A stretch of DNA of 56,887 nt, counting the filler, from Basidioascus undulatus (taxonomy: Eukaryota): the NCBI GenBank assembly GCA_000826855.1. It is 3 parts of 3 records of this genome, joined end to end, with 100 filler letters (N's around TTAATTAATTAA, not from the genome) between each part and the next. Parts side by side here need not be neighbours in the genome. Positions count along the whole stretch, not along the records: positions 1 to 18,962 come from JTLS01000444.1; 2 more parts are not named here. The stretch is one strand, 5' to 3'. Each line of letters opens with the position of its first letter. Position 1 is the stretch's first letter. A program made the position numbers and the translations under genes. This document shows positions 1-12,921 of this stretch, in pieces. Under the pieces are notes generated by a model. It was not told the DNA's origin, searched no databases, and saw only the letters and a program-made list of their open reading frames with translations.

Positions 1-45
1 CCCCGCCCTTCCCGCATCCTTCCCCCCCCCCCCCTCACCGCCACC

Positions 46-1438
46 TCACGTAGCGAGCACGTGCATGTCATCAATCCTGTCCCCAAACACCTCAATCAGC
101 CATTTGCCCCCGCCTCCCCCAGACCAGCGAATTACTCACGTAGTGTACAGATGTCCCTCGCCAATGAGGAACTCGATGCCCTCCATGAGCGCCTCGCCCG
201 AGTACCCCTGGCAGTTGGGGTCGCGCGCGATCGCCTCGACGTGCACGCCGTCCGGCGTGCGCTCCTGCGCCGCTACAACCGCAGTCATGATCTTGCGCTG
301 TTGCGGTGGGAGGTCCGCGTAGCGCCCGGCCGCGCCTGCGCCTGCGCCGGTCGACGGGGCGGCGTACGCGGACCTCGGCTCGGCCTTCACGCCGTTCGAG
401 GTGGACGCGCCGCCGGCGGAGGGGCCGCCTTGGCTCGGCTGTGGGGGGTGGGGGAGTGGGAGGTGAGATGGGGGGGAGATGGGGGAGGGAGCGGGAAGGG
501 GAAGGAGGGAGCGAGAGGGACGCACCAAGGCTCCCTTGCGCCAGAAGTTGGTGACGTACAGCGCTTCGGCGCGGTGGTACCAGATCTCGTTGAAGTCCGT
601 GATGGGCTTGACGACCGTCGCGCCGACGTTGCGCTTGTTGTTGAACTGCTTCAGGCTGCCCACTACCCGCACATAGACGTTTTGGCTGTCGCACGCTCGC
701 CCCTCCAGTCAGTCCGGTGAAGTGGACAGGGGGAAAGCACAGGGATGATGATGATGGACGATGGATGACGCACTCGATCCCGTCCGTCCGTCCAGAGTCG
801 TCGTCCGCGGTCTCCAGCCATTGCCGCACGTCCATCGCGCCCGTGCCATCCTCCATGCTGTACGAAACGTTCGTCGCTTGCCGGGAGACGTTGCGGACGG
901 TCGCGACGAAGGTGACCTGGTGCGCTCCCACACATGATTCAGTTTGATCTCAGGATGGAAGATTGCTAGGCCTGATGAGAAGGAGCGAACGCACAAGCCC
1001 AACCTCGACGCCGTCGATGGTGAACTCCGCGTCCGGGTGGACCTGGTCGGCGTTGATGAGCTGCTTGAGCGTGACGGGGCGGAGCGTGTCCGCCGCACGT
1101 TTCTGCTTCCACACACAGCGTCAGTTACTCCCAAAGCACCCGACGCGTTTGCCCCGAACGAGAGGTTGAGTGAGGACGAACCCTGCCGCCCGACCCAGGC
1201 GATCCTTGCGAGCCGCCCGCAAAACCGCCCTGAGAGCCGCTCATAAACCCCCCACCGCCACCGCCACCGCCGCCGCTGCCGTAGTAAGGGTCTGCGATAG
1301 CAAGTTCGAGGGTCAGCCAGCGTCAGTGAGCAGGGCAGGTTGCGCGAGGGACGCACTCGCACCGTAGTCGTCGTAGCCTGCGAATACGCGTCAGCTCCCA
1401 AAGATCTATAATAAGTATATTGCGCGTAACGCACTCAT
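46..1438 (-). CDS. RFA2: Replication protein A 32 kDa subunit (multi-exon)
   Basis: Manual splicing gives MSYDDYDPYYGSGGGG..GGFMSGSQGG..SP (Gly/Ser N-terminus), then TLRPVTLKQL..FTIDG, the OB-fold VTFVATVRNV..SYSMEDGTG..VRVVGSLKQFNNKR..ITDFNEIWYH, and a winged-helix end EGHLYTTIDDMHVLAT*. Exon 1 is 4 nt (ATGA); stop TGA at 46-48. Confidence 0.95.
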
Positions 1439-1525
1439 TTTTATTTGATTTGGAGAGTCGCTGGGGAGCAGAAGACGGCGAGGATGAGGAGGAGGATGAG
1501 GGGGGGAGGCAAAGGGAAAGGGAAG

Positions 1526-1590
1526 ACGCGCGCACATAATCATTTGAGACGCGTCAGACGCGTTCGGAGAGCCGGGCTTGGGCCCGCGTT
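1526..1590. promoter_or_regulatory. Cluster of MCB-like (ACGCGT) elements in the RPA2 promoter
   Basis: Perfect ACGCGT at 1549-1554 and 1558-1563 plus CGCG cores near 1527 and 1585, about 110-125 nt upstream of the RPA2 ATG. MCB boxes are the established G1/S element of fungal replication genes. Confidence 0.65.
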
Positions 1591-1807
1591 GGTAGATTGG
1601 CAAAACAGGTACTTGAGATCGACTGATCATAGCCGTTATTTCTAGACATAATTTCATTCCTGCAACTTTAATCTAATGAAACCTTAAAGTCCCATAGAGC
1701 TGAGCGCAGGCGGAATGAATGTGTCCACAAGTTTGTGCCCGCCCATTCATTCCTTGCCCTTCTCTCCCGCCTGCACGCTCTTGCATCTTTCCCCGGAAAC
1801 CAGCACC

Positions 1808-2326
1808 ATGTCCACCGCACCATACCAGCAGACCCCCATTCCCATCCGAGCTCTCACAACGCTCTACGGCGGAGGCTCCAAGGTCGCCTCCGCCCTCCTG
1901 CCGTCTTACCACTGCCTCGCGCTCCTCACCCAGCCGACGCGCGAGATCATCCTCCTCCTGGACACGCTGTATCTGCGCCAGAAGAGTCTACTCGTCAGCG
2001 GCGGGCTGGACGAGTGTGCTGCACAGGTGGCGACGAAGGCACTGGAGGAGTGGAAGGAGCGGAATGTGCAGGAGGGGGCGGTAGCTTTTGTGAGGTGCCC
2101 GGAGGGACTGGTCCATAGTGACGGGATGGACGGGTTCGCTAGGTGGTGTAAGGAGGGGCCGGACAAGACTTTGGCGCATGATTTGTCTAGTCCTGCGTGG
2201 TTGCGATTGCCGCAGTGCTTCTTTAGGAGCCAAGACGCTTCTGGCGATGGCGATGGCGATACATTCGTATTGTTCCAGTTTTCAAGTCCACTAAATTCCT
2301 TTTACCCGATACAAATTTTGAGATAA
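1808..2326 (+). CDS. Hypothetical protein, about 172 aa, apparently single exon, divergent from RPA2
   Basis: Open frame with good start context (CACCATGT), pyrimidine-rich 5' region and coding-like composition. No family recognised. Confidence 0.55.
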   Translation: MSTAPYQQTPIPIRALTTLYGGGSKVASALLPSYHCLALLTQPTREIILLLDTLYLRQKSLLVSGGLDECAAQVATKALEEWKERNVQEGAVAFVRCPEGLVHSDGMDGFARWCKEGPDKTLAHDLSSPAWLRLPQCFFRSQDASGDGDGDTFVLFQFSSPLNSFYPIQILR

Positions 2327-3628
2327 CGTGCTTTAAGAGTGTACGAGGATGCTGTGCGCTGTTATCGAACACAGGCAAGCTGCCACAACCCAGCTTGCAG
2401 TCAGTTGTACACCGCTCCCGTGTCTCCTCGTGGTTCGCGCAGAAACCTCAGACATCTGAACACGTCACTACTCAAAAGCATTAAAATGCAGCTTATTTTG
2501 TATTTTTTCAGAAAGGCATGCACTGGACGGACGATGGTGACAGGCTGGGAGCATTTGCATGCCAGCGTGTCTCCGAAGACGTGCTGACAATCATGAGTTT
2601 GTCTTACATTAAAAGTGAAAGGGATTTGGGGGAGGGGAACCCAAACCGAGAGGCAATATTTTGGCAGACCTTGAATGATAAATACGGAAGTTGGTGCGCA
2701 TTGATTGGGCTAACGGTGACCGTAGAAAGAAACGACTAACCGGCTTTCAGGTACCCTCATACATCCCGAATCAACGCTGACTGGATCACAAACACTTCAT
2801 CCGACTTGTTCAGATGTATTCAAGAGGACAGATTCGTGGCTCAGAGAGGAAGCCTAAGAAAAATTTTAACCAGGTCTCGTGCCCTTTGCGTAGTCGAACC
2901 ACATCCGACCAGACCCCAAATCACCCAGCCAAACATTATGTCTTGCACCCCCACCCCCGTTAGATATCAAATGGATAGGGTTCCTCTTGCAAGCGTGGTC
3001 GCTAATTTGTCGGAGTGCGTTTCAGCAAGATCAGAGACAAGACAGAAACGAGCAGCTGCTGACGGTCGGCAAGCCTTCCGTTTGCCTTCCGTCTTCGATC
3101 CGTATAGTATCCAGTGGAAAGTCTGTTGAAAAGAAAGTTGAACACGGGTCTCTCTGTCAAGTCCAACGAATGTGGTGTGCCTGAACACCTACTAGGTCCC
3201 TGCAACACCACCCCTGGACAAAAACGTGATCTTGCAGGACATACTTAAGCAAATGGCTGTAATATTCGTTTGTGATTAGCATTTTTTCTGATCGCAGACT
3301 ATACAGGTTCTGAGGGCAAAAGTCCGACCGACGGCACTAAGACACCCCGACGATCCGCCCGGAGACGCAGTGCTGCATTGCCGTGCATTACCGCTAGCGC
3401 CGCTGTCCTTCTTCTGTCGACGACCTTCTTCACGGCTTCATCTTGAAGTGTATTCAAATACGGGGATGTTGAGATGCACATACACGGAGTGTCGGGCCGA
3501 CCGTGATCAGCTGCTCTTGTCCGCTCCTTCCTGGGAAGACATCAGAATTGATACCGACCGCCTCGTAGCACCGCTCCTCTCAATCTCTCATCTTCTCAAC
3601 TCCCCTATCAGACCTCTAGAGCCCAAGC

Positions 3629-6543
3629 ATGTCCACCCCGGAAAAACCTCCCACTCCCCCCGACGAGAAGCCCGCCTCATTACGGCATGTCGAAGCAGCC
3701 GACGCAGCACCGCACACGGTGGAACTCCCGAGCCAGCTGGCTGCGTTATCGTTCGAAGAGCGGAAGTCCCTGGAGAAGAAAGTGCTGAGGAAGGTGGACT
3801 GGCTATTGATGCCTGCTATTATTCTGATGTGTGCGTGTGTACGTGTTGGGTGCGGAAGAGACGATGGCTGACTTTGCGATGGCAGATGTTCTCAACTACC
3901 TCGACCGGTGAGTCCGCTTTCCCATGTTATCAGTTTCTTTCGTAAGTTGTGTTTACTGACAACGGTAACAGAAACAACATCGCGAGTGCGTCACTTTGAG
4001 TTCCTGAAGTAGAGTGACTATCGTTGATCATTGGACAGTACAGCGGCGCGGCTGGCCAATTGTGAGTGCACTGTTAACCCTTTATAAACGGAAGCTTACT
4101 GGTGATATGTAACTAGTGGAAGCGGACCTGAACATCAACGATGTGCAATATCAAACATGCGTGAGCAGCGCACTTCTTCTCGTGCTTCCTCCAGCTCATA
4201 GAAGGGCATCTGTACAGGTTTCCATCCTGTTTGTTGGATACAGTGCGCAATTGCCATGCTTTTCCTGCTGCCACGTAGGTCTTTATACTCATCCGCCTCG
4301 CTCTCATAGTCTTGATGCAGGTGCGCACGAGTTCAATGTCACTTTCTTCTCTTCGCTCAACTGACCGACTAGTCCCCCAGATTCCGTCAAACCTGCTTCT
4401 CTCACGCGTTTCGCGCCCTGCATGGTACATGACAGCTGCGATGGTCCTTTGGGGGATGATTTCGGCTCTCACGTGAGTTCCTCTTCATCGAGGTGACAGT
4501 TGACCTGAGGTTGAAAGCAACTGCACAGCGCAGCTACCCAGAGCTTTGGAGGCCTGCTGGCCTGTCGGTTCTTCTTGGGTTTTGTTGGTATGTTTGTTTA
4601 ATGCACCTCTATAGGCCACCTCATGCTGAATATACCTCTTTGATACAGAGGCGTGAGTACTTCCGGACCTGGCGTTCGCCAACGAGGAGGGCCTTGCTGA
4701 CAGCGTCTCACTTGGCAGCGTCTTCTTTCCTGGCGCACTCTTGTGAGTCCCCAAGACCACTCAATTTTATGGCACAAACCTACAATTTGGGGTGGTTTCA
4801 GCTACTTGAGCAGCTGGTACACCAAGCGCGAGCTGGCAACTCGCACAGCCGTCTTCTACACCGGTAGGTCTCGTTGCAGCGTCTTGACCCAACACAGCGG
4901 CTTTCTTACCAGGGATGGAGCTCAATGTTTTCAGGAAGTCAATTGGGAAATGCCTTCGGTGGCCTGCTAAGTGCGGCTATAATTCAACTCGACGGAACGC
5001 GTGGTATTTCTGGATGGCGGTGAGTCCCCTGTCGTGCCAGTGAGCCAAGCAGCTTTGAACTGAGCAATCGCAATTTCTCGTCTGATAGGTGGCTTTTCAT
5101 GTGGGTCTTCTCCCTGATATTTTTTATATGTTTGTCCCAGAGCTAATCGAACTAAGGTCAGTATCGAGGGCGTCGCGACTATCGGCATCGCTGCCGCATG
5201 CGGCGCCGTAATGCCGGACTTCCCGCACCAAGCTCGGATGCTGTCCCCGCTAGAGCGCGATATGGCCATCTGGAGGCTTGAACTGGACACTGGTGCCCGA
5301 GACAGCGAAGATAATACCTCAAAGTATAAGGGATTCGTACGTTTCGCTTGGTCTTCCTCGAGAGCCGCAGGTCAGCTCATCCTCGGTGCAATCAGCTTCT
5401 GGCGATCAAAGATCCAAAAAGTAAGTCTGAGTCCGTAGCATTTAGATTAATTATCTGGATGCTCAAGTTGGATATCAGCTTGGATGCTTCTCGCGATGTT
5501 GCACACAAACTGTGGGCTTCCGGCTTTGGCTTGCACAGTTGTTTCCTGCTCATGCCTTACCACCAGATATCGCCGCCGCTGTCAACAACTTCTTCCCCTC
5601 GGTTCATATCCGTTCCCCTCCTTTCTCTTATTATCCCTTAAGCGCTCATGCAGCTGTGTCTAGGTCGTCCAAACGTTGGGTTACAACCGAACCATCACCC
5701 TCCTGCTCACCGCGCCACCCTACATCGGTAAGATGTTTCTTTCTTTTTCAAGCTCCAATTAATACGGCTCAACAGCCAACCTATAGTATGCGTGATTGCT
5801 ATGATAGTGAACGGGTTCCACGCAGACCGCACTCTAGAGAAGTGCGTGTCGTCTCGGCACCGGCTTCTGCGACGGGTCGCCACCATCCCACCGAAGCTCA
5901 CGGATTATGGGGGCAGGTTCTGGCACATCCTCGTTCCCATGATAATTGCAATTATTGCGAACATCATTGCGGTAACGACGACCAAGATAGCACCGAGATA
6001 CGTCGCGATGCTGCTTCTCCCAGGAAGCGTCTACGCTGCCAGCGTGATTATCCTGAGTTGGATGTCTGTGCGTCAGTTTCCTTCTCACCTTTTGGAGCTT
6101 CAGTATTCTCAATTCAGCGACATACAGCAAGCCTTGAGTCAGCCGACAATCAAACGCAGCGCAGCGCTGGCCTTCATCAACGCGCTCTCTAATACACCGT
6201 CAGTCTTTCCCCTTCAGCATTATATTAACGTGAACGTTGCTGAAACTGGGTGCTGTGTCTTCACAGAAACATCTACACTTCCTACTTCTGTGCGGCCATT
6301 TCCGACCCTTGGAGGGCTGTCATGATGGCCATGACTAATGTTCACCCTGCAGACTTCGGTCCACCCCGCTACTTGGTGGCCTTCATCATCAACATTGCCG
6401 CTTCGGGGGCGTGCATTCTCTGCGCCCTAGGGCTGAGGCTCTACCTGGCCCGCGAGAATCGGATGCTTGACGCTGGGAAGGTTCCGAAGCGCAGTCCGCC
6501 GACGGCTGAGCAGATTGCGCAGGGCTTCCGCTATATCCTATAG
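3629..6543 (+). CDS. MFS transporter, anion:cation symporter (Dal5/Tna1-like) family, many introns
   Basis: Spliced motifs EKKVLRKVDWLLMP..YVLNYLDRNNIASARL, QYQTCVSILFVGYILMQIPSN, RFLLGFVEA.FFPG, LSSWYTKRELATRTA, GISGWRWLF.IEG, MPDFP, TLLLTAPPY, and C-terminal GFRYIL*. Confidence 0.93.
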
Positions 6544-7769
6544 AAACGTTCCCAAAGCCTCTAAGTTTTTATGTATTCTTTTGATATGAGACGTTCAGGA
6601 GAGTTGACATTGACTCCATGCTCATGGCACTCTGAATTGCTGGTACTGCAAGAGTGACTTTCCCGTTCTGCCTGAAAATCCGTCTGCCATTGCAACTTAC
6701 AAATGTAAGACACCTCGATAAGTTAACTGTGGCCTTTCCGCACAGACTGACCAGGGGTCTCAGTGATTGCCGACGGCCTAGGAGTCATCATTTTCAAACC
6801 TGGGGATTACTGCGCCAAAGACGCTCTCGCGAATGACGCACTGTGATTTTCTCCGCATGCTTTGGAATGATTCATTAAGACCCTCTTCCACAACGGCCAT
6901 AGACAAGTCCTGAAAGGAGCCTAGTCGGATCGCAATGGGAAGGACTGTCCTCTACTTCTCCTTCTCGCTTCTTTCAAACCGGGGTTCTGGACCGTACGGG
7001 ACTTCAGTGTAGAAAGCTAGGTTCTGTATCATTCATCCAGTCAAGCCAGGGCCCTACAATATGCCAACTTCGACAGGCATAAGAGTGGACCCGTCGACGT
7101 CCACCTCTTTCATCCTTGAGATTGCGTTTCGCTTACCTGCTAGGCCAGTCTATGTTTGATTAAGTTTACAAAGCCGCAAAATACATTATCACTACCCTAG
7201 ATGAGAACAAAGTTCGCATTGCAGCCGACATATAAGACTGCCGTTGTCGATTTCCGTGAACGCACACCATATAGGATCTTGCAGATTCGAAGGACGGCTA
7301 CCGACAGCCCAGTTTAAGCAACACCGGACCGCTTCTGTCCGCCCGCTGTCTGGTTCAAGTCGGGTACCCGGCACAGCCCCTTTCAGCCTATGGGCGTTGA
7401 CAAGAAGGCACTCCAAGTGCACTACATGCACCCATCCTGCACTCCGCCCGCAGAATGCGTTCTGCCGTGGATGAATTCACTGCCTTGGAAGTGCCTGAGT
7501 GTCGTCTTCTCGTTATACTTAACACCAGCGATTCTACACAGTCGTACCATATGTGCATGGCAACTGCCTGGGACGGCAGGCGGGCCTTTGCCGGCGCTCC
7601 CGGTCCGCTCGCAGACGGTGGTCGGACGTCCGGGCCGCGGGACCAGCGATAATCCCCCAATGGTGAATCGCTGCCCGTTGGTTTCTCTCTTCCTGCAACA
7701 GTCATCTTACGACTCTGATCTCAAATACACACAAATCCTCAGAATCCCTGTAGACGCGATACCTCCATT

Positions 7770-9138
7770 ATGACTGTCAACGCCGTCATCCGCCCTCTCA
7801 CGCCCGGCATCTACGCTCCCATCCCCACGTTCTTCAAGCCCTGCTCCGAAGATCTCGGTACGTCTTCCGCTCTGAACATTCATAGTCTCAGATATTCTGA
7901 TAGTCCTCTTTCAGACATCGAGACGTTCAAGAGGCATGTCGCGCACATCGGCCTCTCCGGGATCGGGCACGTCATCAGCGGCTCGATGGCCGAGGCTCAC
8001 CACCTGTCGCACGAGGAGCGCATTCAGCTCATCCGGGCCGCCCGCGAGGCGCTCGACGAGGCCGGGCTGACGGAGAAGCCCCTCATAGTCGGGACGGGCG
8101 CGGGCAGCCTGCGCGAGACGCTTATCCAAACCAAGGAGGCTGCCGAGGCCGGCGCGGACTACGCGATCGTCATCCCTTCCGGATACTACGCGGGAGCGCT
8201 CTCCCACGAGGCGCTGAAGAAGTTCTTCGTGGATGTGGCGAAAAAGAGCCCGATTCCGGTTATGATCTACAACTGTGAGTCGTCTGTCGCCTCTCGTTTC
8301 TTTCTGATATTGGGTCGCAGTCATGCTCATTCGCCACTGCCACAGACCCTGGTGCTGCAGGCGGCATCGACATGGACTCTGAACTGATCGAATCTGTGCT
8401 TCCATTCACTACATTGTTATCTATTCCCATGCTGAAGATTTCTGTTGCGCGATAGATCGCTCGCGAGGCGCCCAACACCTGGTGCCCCTTTCCCTGCGCC
8501 CTCACCACCACAACCTGCTAACCTTTTCTCCCAAACAGCGGTGTGAAGTTGACTTGCGGGAACGTCGGAAAGCTGACGCGCATCACAGCCGGCGTGAGCA
8601 TCCCAGCCTTCTCCAAGCAGTTCCCCCGTGTCAGCTCCAATGCTCCGTTCCTCGTCTTCGGCGGTTTCGCGGACTTCATTCTTCCCTCGTCCGCCGCTCG
8701 GGGACACGGTGCAATTGTGGGCCTCGGAAACGTTGCTCCTGTACGTCCTCGACCACGGTTGACCGTCTTATACGCATTATGCCGAATCTGAGATATCCTC
8801 TCCGCCCGCAGCGCACTCTCGCCCGCCTCTATGACACTTCCGTTCGCGCCCTCTCCGACCCGTCCCTCCTCCCGCTAGCGCAAGAGCTCCAAGACGTTGC
8901 ATCCCGCGCCGACTACACGATCGCCAAAGCCGGCGTCGCGGGCACCAAGTACCTGCTGGAGCAGCAGCGCGGGTACGGCGGCGCGCCCCGGTTGCCGCTC
9001 TTGCCCATGCCCGAGGAGAAGGGCCAGGCGCTGCTTGCACACCCGACCGTGCAGGCGCTGCTGGAGGCTGAGAAGAAGCTGGAGAAGGAGGCTGGAGTGA
9101 ACGGGGTGAACGGGGTGCATGCCAACGGCACGGCGTGA
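7770..9138 (+). CDS. DHDPS/NAL-superfamily class I aldolase (similar to fungal L-threo-3-deoxy-hexulosonate aldolase type)
   Basis: PGIYAPIPTFF, GSMAEAHHLSHEER, LIVGTG, EAAEAGADYAIV, SPIPVMIYNYPG (catalytic Tyr), GVKLTCGNVGKLTR (Schiff-base Lys), GAIVGLGNVAP, YGGAPRLPL. Confidence 0.92.
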
Positions 9139-9988
9139 GACGATGGGAGGGACGGCCGCTTGACACTCATTGTGTACTTTTTGAGACACGAGTTCTTGGA
9201 CATTACGCTTTCCATCATTCATACTTGCGACAGCAACAGCCACCGACGCAGGGAAGACCGCTGGTTGGCGTTAAATTTTTCTGCGTAACTTGTACAGTAC
9301 ATGGCGTAAGGAACTGGGCGAGGTCAAGCAAGTTTGGCAGGTTCATATGGTGCTGTTCCAAAGCACCTTGGAAGAAAGCAACTTACACTGGCTGTAGCCT
9401 CCGTTGCAATCGTTTGCAGTCATGGCACTGTCGGCAACCATTCTGAACCGGAAGCTCTCAAGAGACGGCGGCGAAAGGTGGGTCACCCGTCGTGTAATTT
9501 CTACCCAGCTTGTCTTGATCCATAACAAACGGAACAAGCCTAGATACAGCCGTGTTACGTTTTCCTCAGAGGCTTGACCGGGCCAAATGCACATCTTTCG
9601 ACCGCTGGACGTGAGCGTATGTATTTAGTAAACCGCAGGTAAACGCCTCTCCGACGAGTCGCATGCGACTTTTGCATCGCCCTTTTTGGCCCTTTTTAAG
9701 CTTTCAAGTGGCCTCACAGGAGAGAATTTTTCGAACAACTTCTTGCCAAGCTTTGGGCTAATATGACAGCGGCCTGCCATCCGTTGGGTTCTAGGTGCAC
9801 GACGCTGGTAGAATACCAGCAAATGGACGCTTGCCCTTCTAGTGTTGTGGATCTGTAAAGTCTAGCCTCTAATGCGACCAAAAAATTATCTACCGCCCAA
9901 GCAGTCCCTTCACGGCCCTGCCCGCCTCACGTAGGTGCGCGGCGAGGTCCACACCCGTGAGACGCTGGATGCGCTCCTGTTCAAGCGT

Positions 9989-12474
9989 TCAGAATAGGCC
10001 ACAAGAGACTTTAGTGCAACTAATCACACTGACGAGAAGAGGCTGTCCCCATGGTCCCAGTGCCGTAGCGAGAATAGCAGCGAGCGGAACGGAAGCGAGC
10101 AGCAACTTGACTGCCGCGCGCTTGCGACGAACGGCAGCGACGTCGACGACCTGCAGCAAGCCACCCTTCTCTCCGGCCCGACGTCCAACCGCGATCCAGT
10201 CATTCCAGACGATGCTGCGAGTGCGCCACCAGAGTTGGGCTGTGGACGATCTTGTCAGCACACATCAAAGAGCGACCACCGATGCGGAGACGCGCTGCCC
10301 GAGAACCCGGAGGGCGCGACGACCTTGCCCATGCCCTTGTACTTGTACCAACTCCGCACGTTTGCCCTGTAGACCGTGTCGGTGAAGTGGGATTGCAGGA
10401 ACCTGTTGTGCGCCTCGAACGGCTCAAGACGAGGGACGAGAGAGGTGAGGTTGTTCTTGACGAGGCTGCCGACCAGGCGTGCGATGAAGCGCGTCTGTAG
10501 AAGCACAGTTTAGAAGATATAGCAAAATACTAAAGCTGGGTGTAGATACTTACCTGATTACCGATCGTGTAACCCCAGGAAGCGGAGACTGCGTTCGGTC
10601 CGATGACGATGAAGTAGTTCGGCCACTGTACGGACGCATAGGGTTAGAGCTAAACTACTTGGAAGAAAGAACACACCAGGTACGCACCTTGGGAACAGCA
10701 ACAGCCAAGTAGGCCTCCGGTCCGCCGAGCGACTCCCAGTACTGGCGCAGCTCGCGCCCGTTTTGTCCTTTAACCCCCTTGTTCAAGCCCACACCTTCAC
10801 CGGACTGCGTAGCAGATGTCAGACTCTTGAACTTTCAAAATCTCGGCGTTGGACTTACGATGTCGAAGCCCGTCGCCCATACAATCACGTCGAGCTTGTG
10901 CTCCTTGCCGTCCTTAGTGACGATGCCGTCTTTGTTGACCGCAACGATCTCGCTCGAAACGAGCTCGACGTTGTCGCGATGCAATGACTGGAGCCAGCCC
11001 GCGTCCCATGCCACGCGCTTCGCGCCGAGCGCTGCGTGGTGAACTTGTTAGCATCAGCCACTTGGCCGCGTTCAAGCCGGTAAACTCACGATAGTTCGGA
11101 GTCAGGTCTTTGTGGTACTCTATCGGTGCGGTAGAGCGAAGATATTCCACGAGCGCCTGTGACGATGCTGTCAGTTTGCGTTGGTCCTCCAGGCCAGACC
11201 AAGCGGGATGAACCTTTTCGCTGCGCTGACGGAGAAGCTTCCCGAGCCACGAGGCTCCAGACACGAACGACTTGCCTTCCCACTGTAGATAGAAGAGCTG
11301 TCAGACCCCTTTCTGTTCGCCTCCTTCAATGGTTCACCACTTACGCTGAAGAAAATGTACGCGCGGTACAGTCGCTGCAGACCCGGAATCCAGGCGAACG
11401 CGAACTTGACGATAGAGGGATAGCAGTAGTTGACCTAGCAGGAAAGCCGGAAAGTGAATGTCAGCCTTTATGTCATCAAAGCCCCGGGGTGTCCTGAAGA
11501 CGGGCCTTCGGCAAAAAATAACCCGGAGACCTGACAGGAAGGGTTCGTCAGTAGGTGTACAATGCGAGCAATACACCGACACCCTTACCGGATGAAATGC
11601 TTGATCTGGATGCCTGGATTGGTGGCGATGTTTGGGACGACTTGAATGCCGGTGCTGCCATTCCCGACGACCGCGACCCGCTTGCCCTTGAGCGAGATGT
11701 CAGGGTTCCACTGCGAGGAGTGGAACGCGACACCGTTGAAAGCCTCGATCCCGGGGAGCTTCGGGATGTTCGGAGTATTGAGCGGGCCAGCAGCCGAAAT
11801 GAGGACGTCGGCTACAACGCTGAACGTCTCTCCTGAGGCGTCTCGGAGCTCGACGACGTGATGCTGCTCTTTTTCGATCCACTCCGAGCCGACGAAAGTG
11901 GTTTGGTATCTGATCGAAGGACGGATGTCGTGCTTGTCCACAAGGCCTTGCCAGTCTTAAAGAGGTGATACTTCTTCGTAAGCAAAGCCCAGAAAGTTCG
12001 AAAGCAACGTGAAACTTTCGACCTACAGTTGTAGACCTCTTCCCGGTTGGCGAAGGCCTGGTCTTCCGCCATGAGCATATGGGACGGGATAATCTTTGGA
12101 GGGAGAAGGCTTACCCGGTTCCAGTATGGATTGAGATCGGAGTACAACTGGTACAGGTGGATCTTAACGTCGACACCAGCACCTAAGGAAGAGGTGTCAG
12201 GGACATCACCCATGCAGCGCAGGCAGAACGGGCGCACCGGGCCATTTGCTGTCGCGCCATACGCCTCCAATTTCCTTGGCTCGTTCATAGATCTAATAGA
12301 TTTGCATGGCGTATAACATTGTTCAGTTCAAATAGGAGAAGAGGTGTAAGGCCAGCTTACGGTGAACTGCACCCGGTCCCCAAGTTCCTCCTTCAAGCGG
12401 ATAGCCTGCGCGATGCCGGCGATACCGCCTCCGATAATCGCGACGCTAATAAGAGCTCTGGTGTTAGAGGTCAT
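9989..12474 (-). CDS. Baeyer-Villiger-type flavin monooxygenase with C-terminal hydrophobic segment
   Basis: FAD Rossmann VAIIGGGIAG, IGGVWRDSKWPGAGVDV, BVMO fingerprint FNGVAFHSSQW, NADPH motif VAVVGNGSTGIQ, IVWATGF, PNYFIVIGPN. Confidence 0.92.
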
Positions 12475-12921
12475 GTATGAAGGATATATTTGACGTGAAA
12501 AAAGCTGTAAGGATCGGTGAGGAAGGGTAGTAGGAACGACCAGTTCGCACCGGCACGTTAGCCACTTGTCGCGCAGCGGATTGCACCATTGCATTTGTCC
12601 ATGGCGAATCGGTCCACCTCGCAGCACGCCAAAGTGACCTTTGGTAGCGTGATAGCCTGAGGTTGTTCCTGAAGTATAATCCAGATTCGGAGTAGGGCGG
12701 ACGCCGTCGGATTTGAGGAATTCATTGCTGCGCAAGCGCCAGTTCAGGCCGCTTTGTAGCATCGCAGCTTTCGACGAAGATATAAAGTAATGCGGGCTGC
12801 AGCCGAATTCCTTCTCGGCTGCTTGATGTACGGGAGCACTTTCCATCCAAAATGTTAAGTGTACACAGAAAATATTCAATGAACGGCCAAGGCAAACGAA
12901 GAAAAGAAGGTCGAGTACGCT

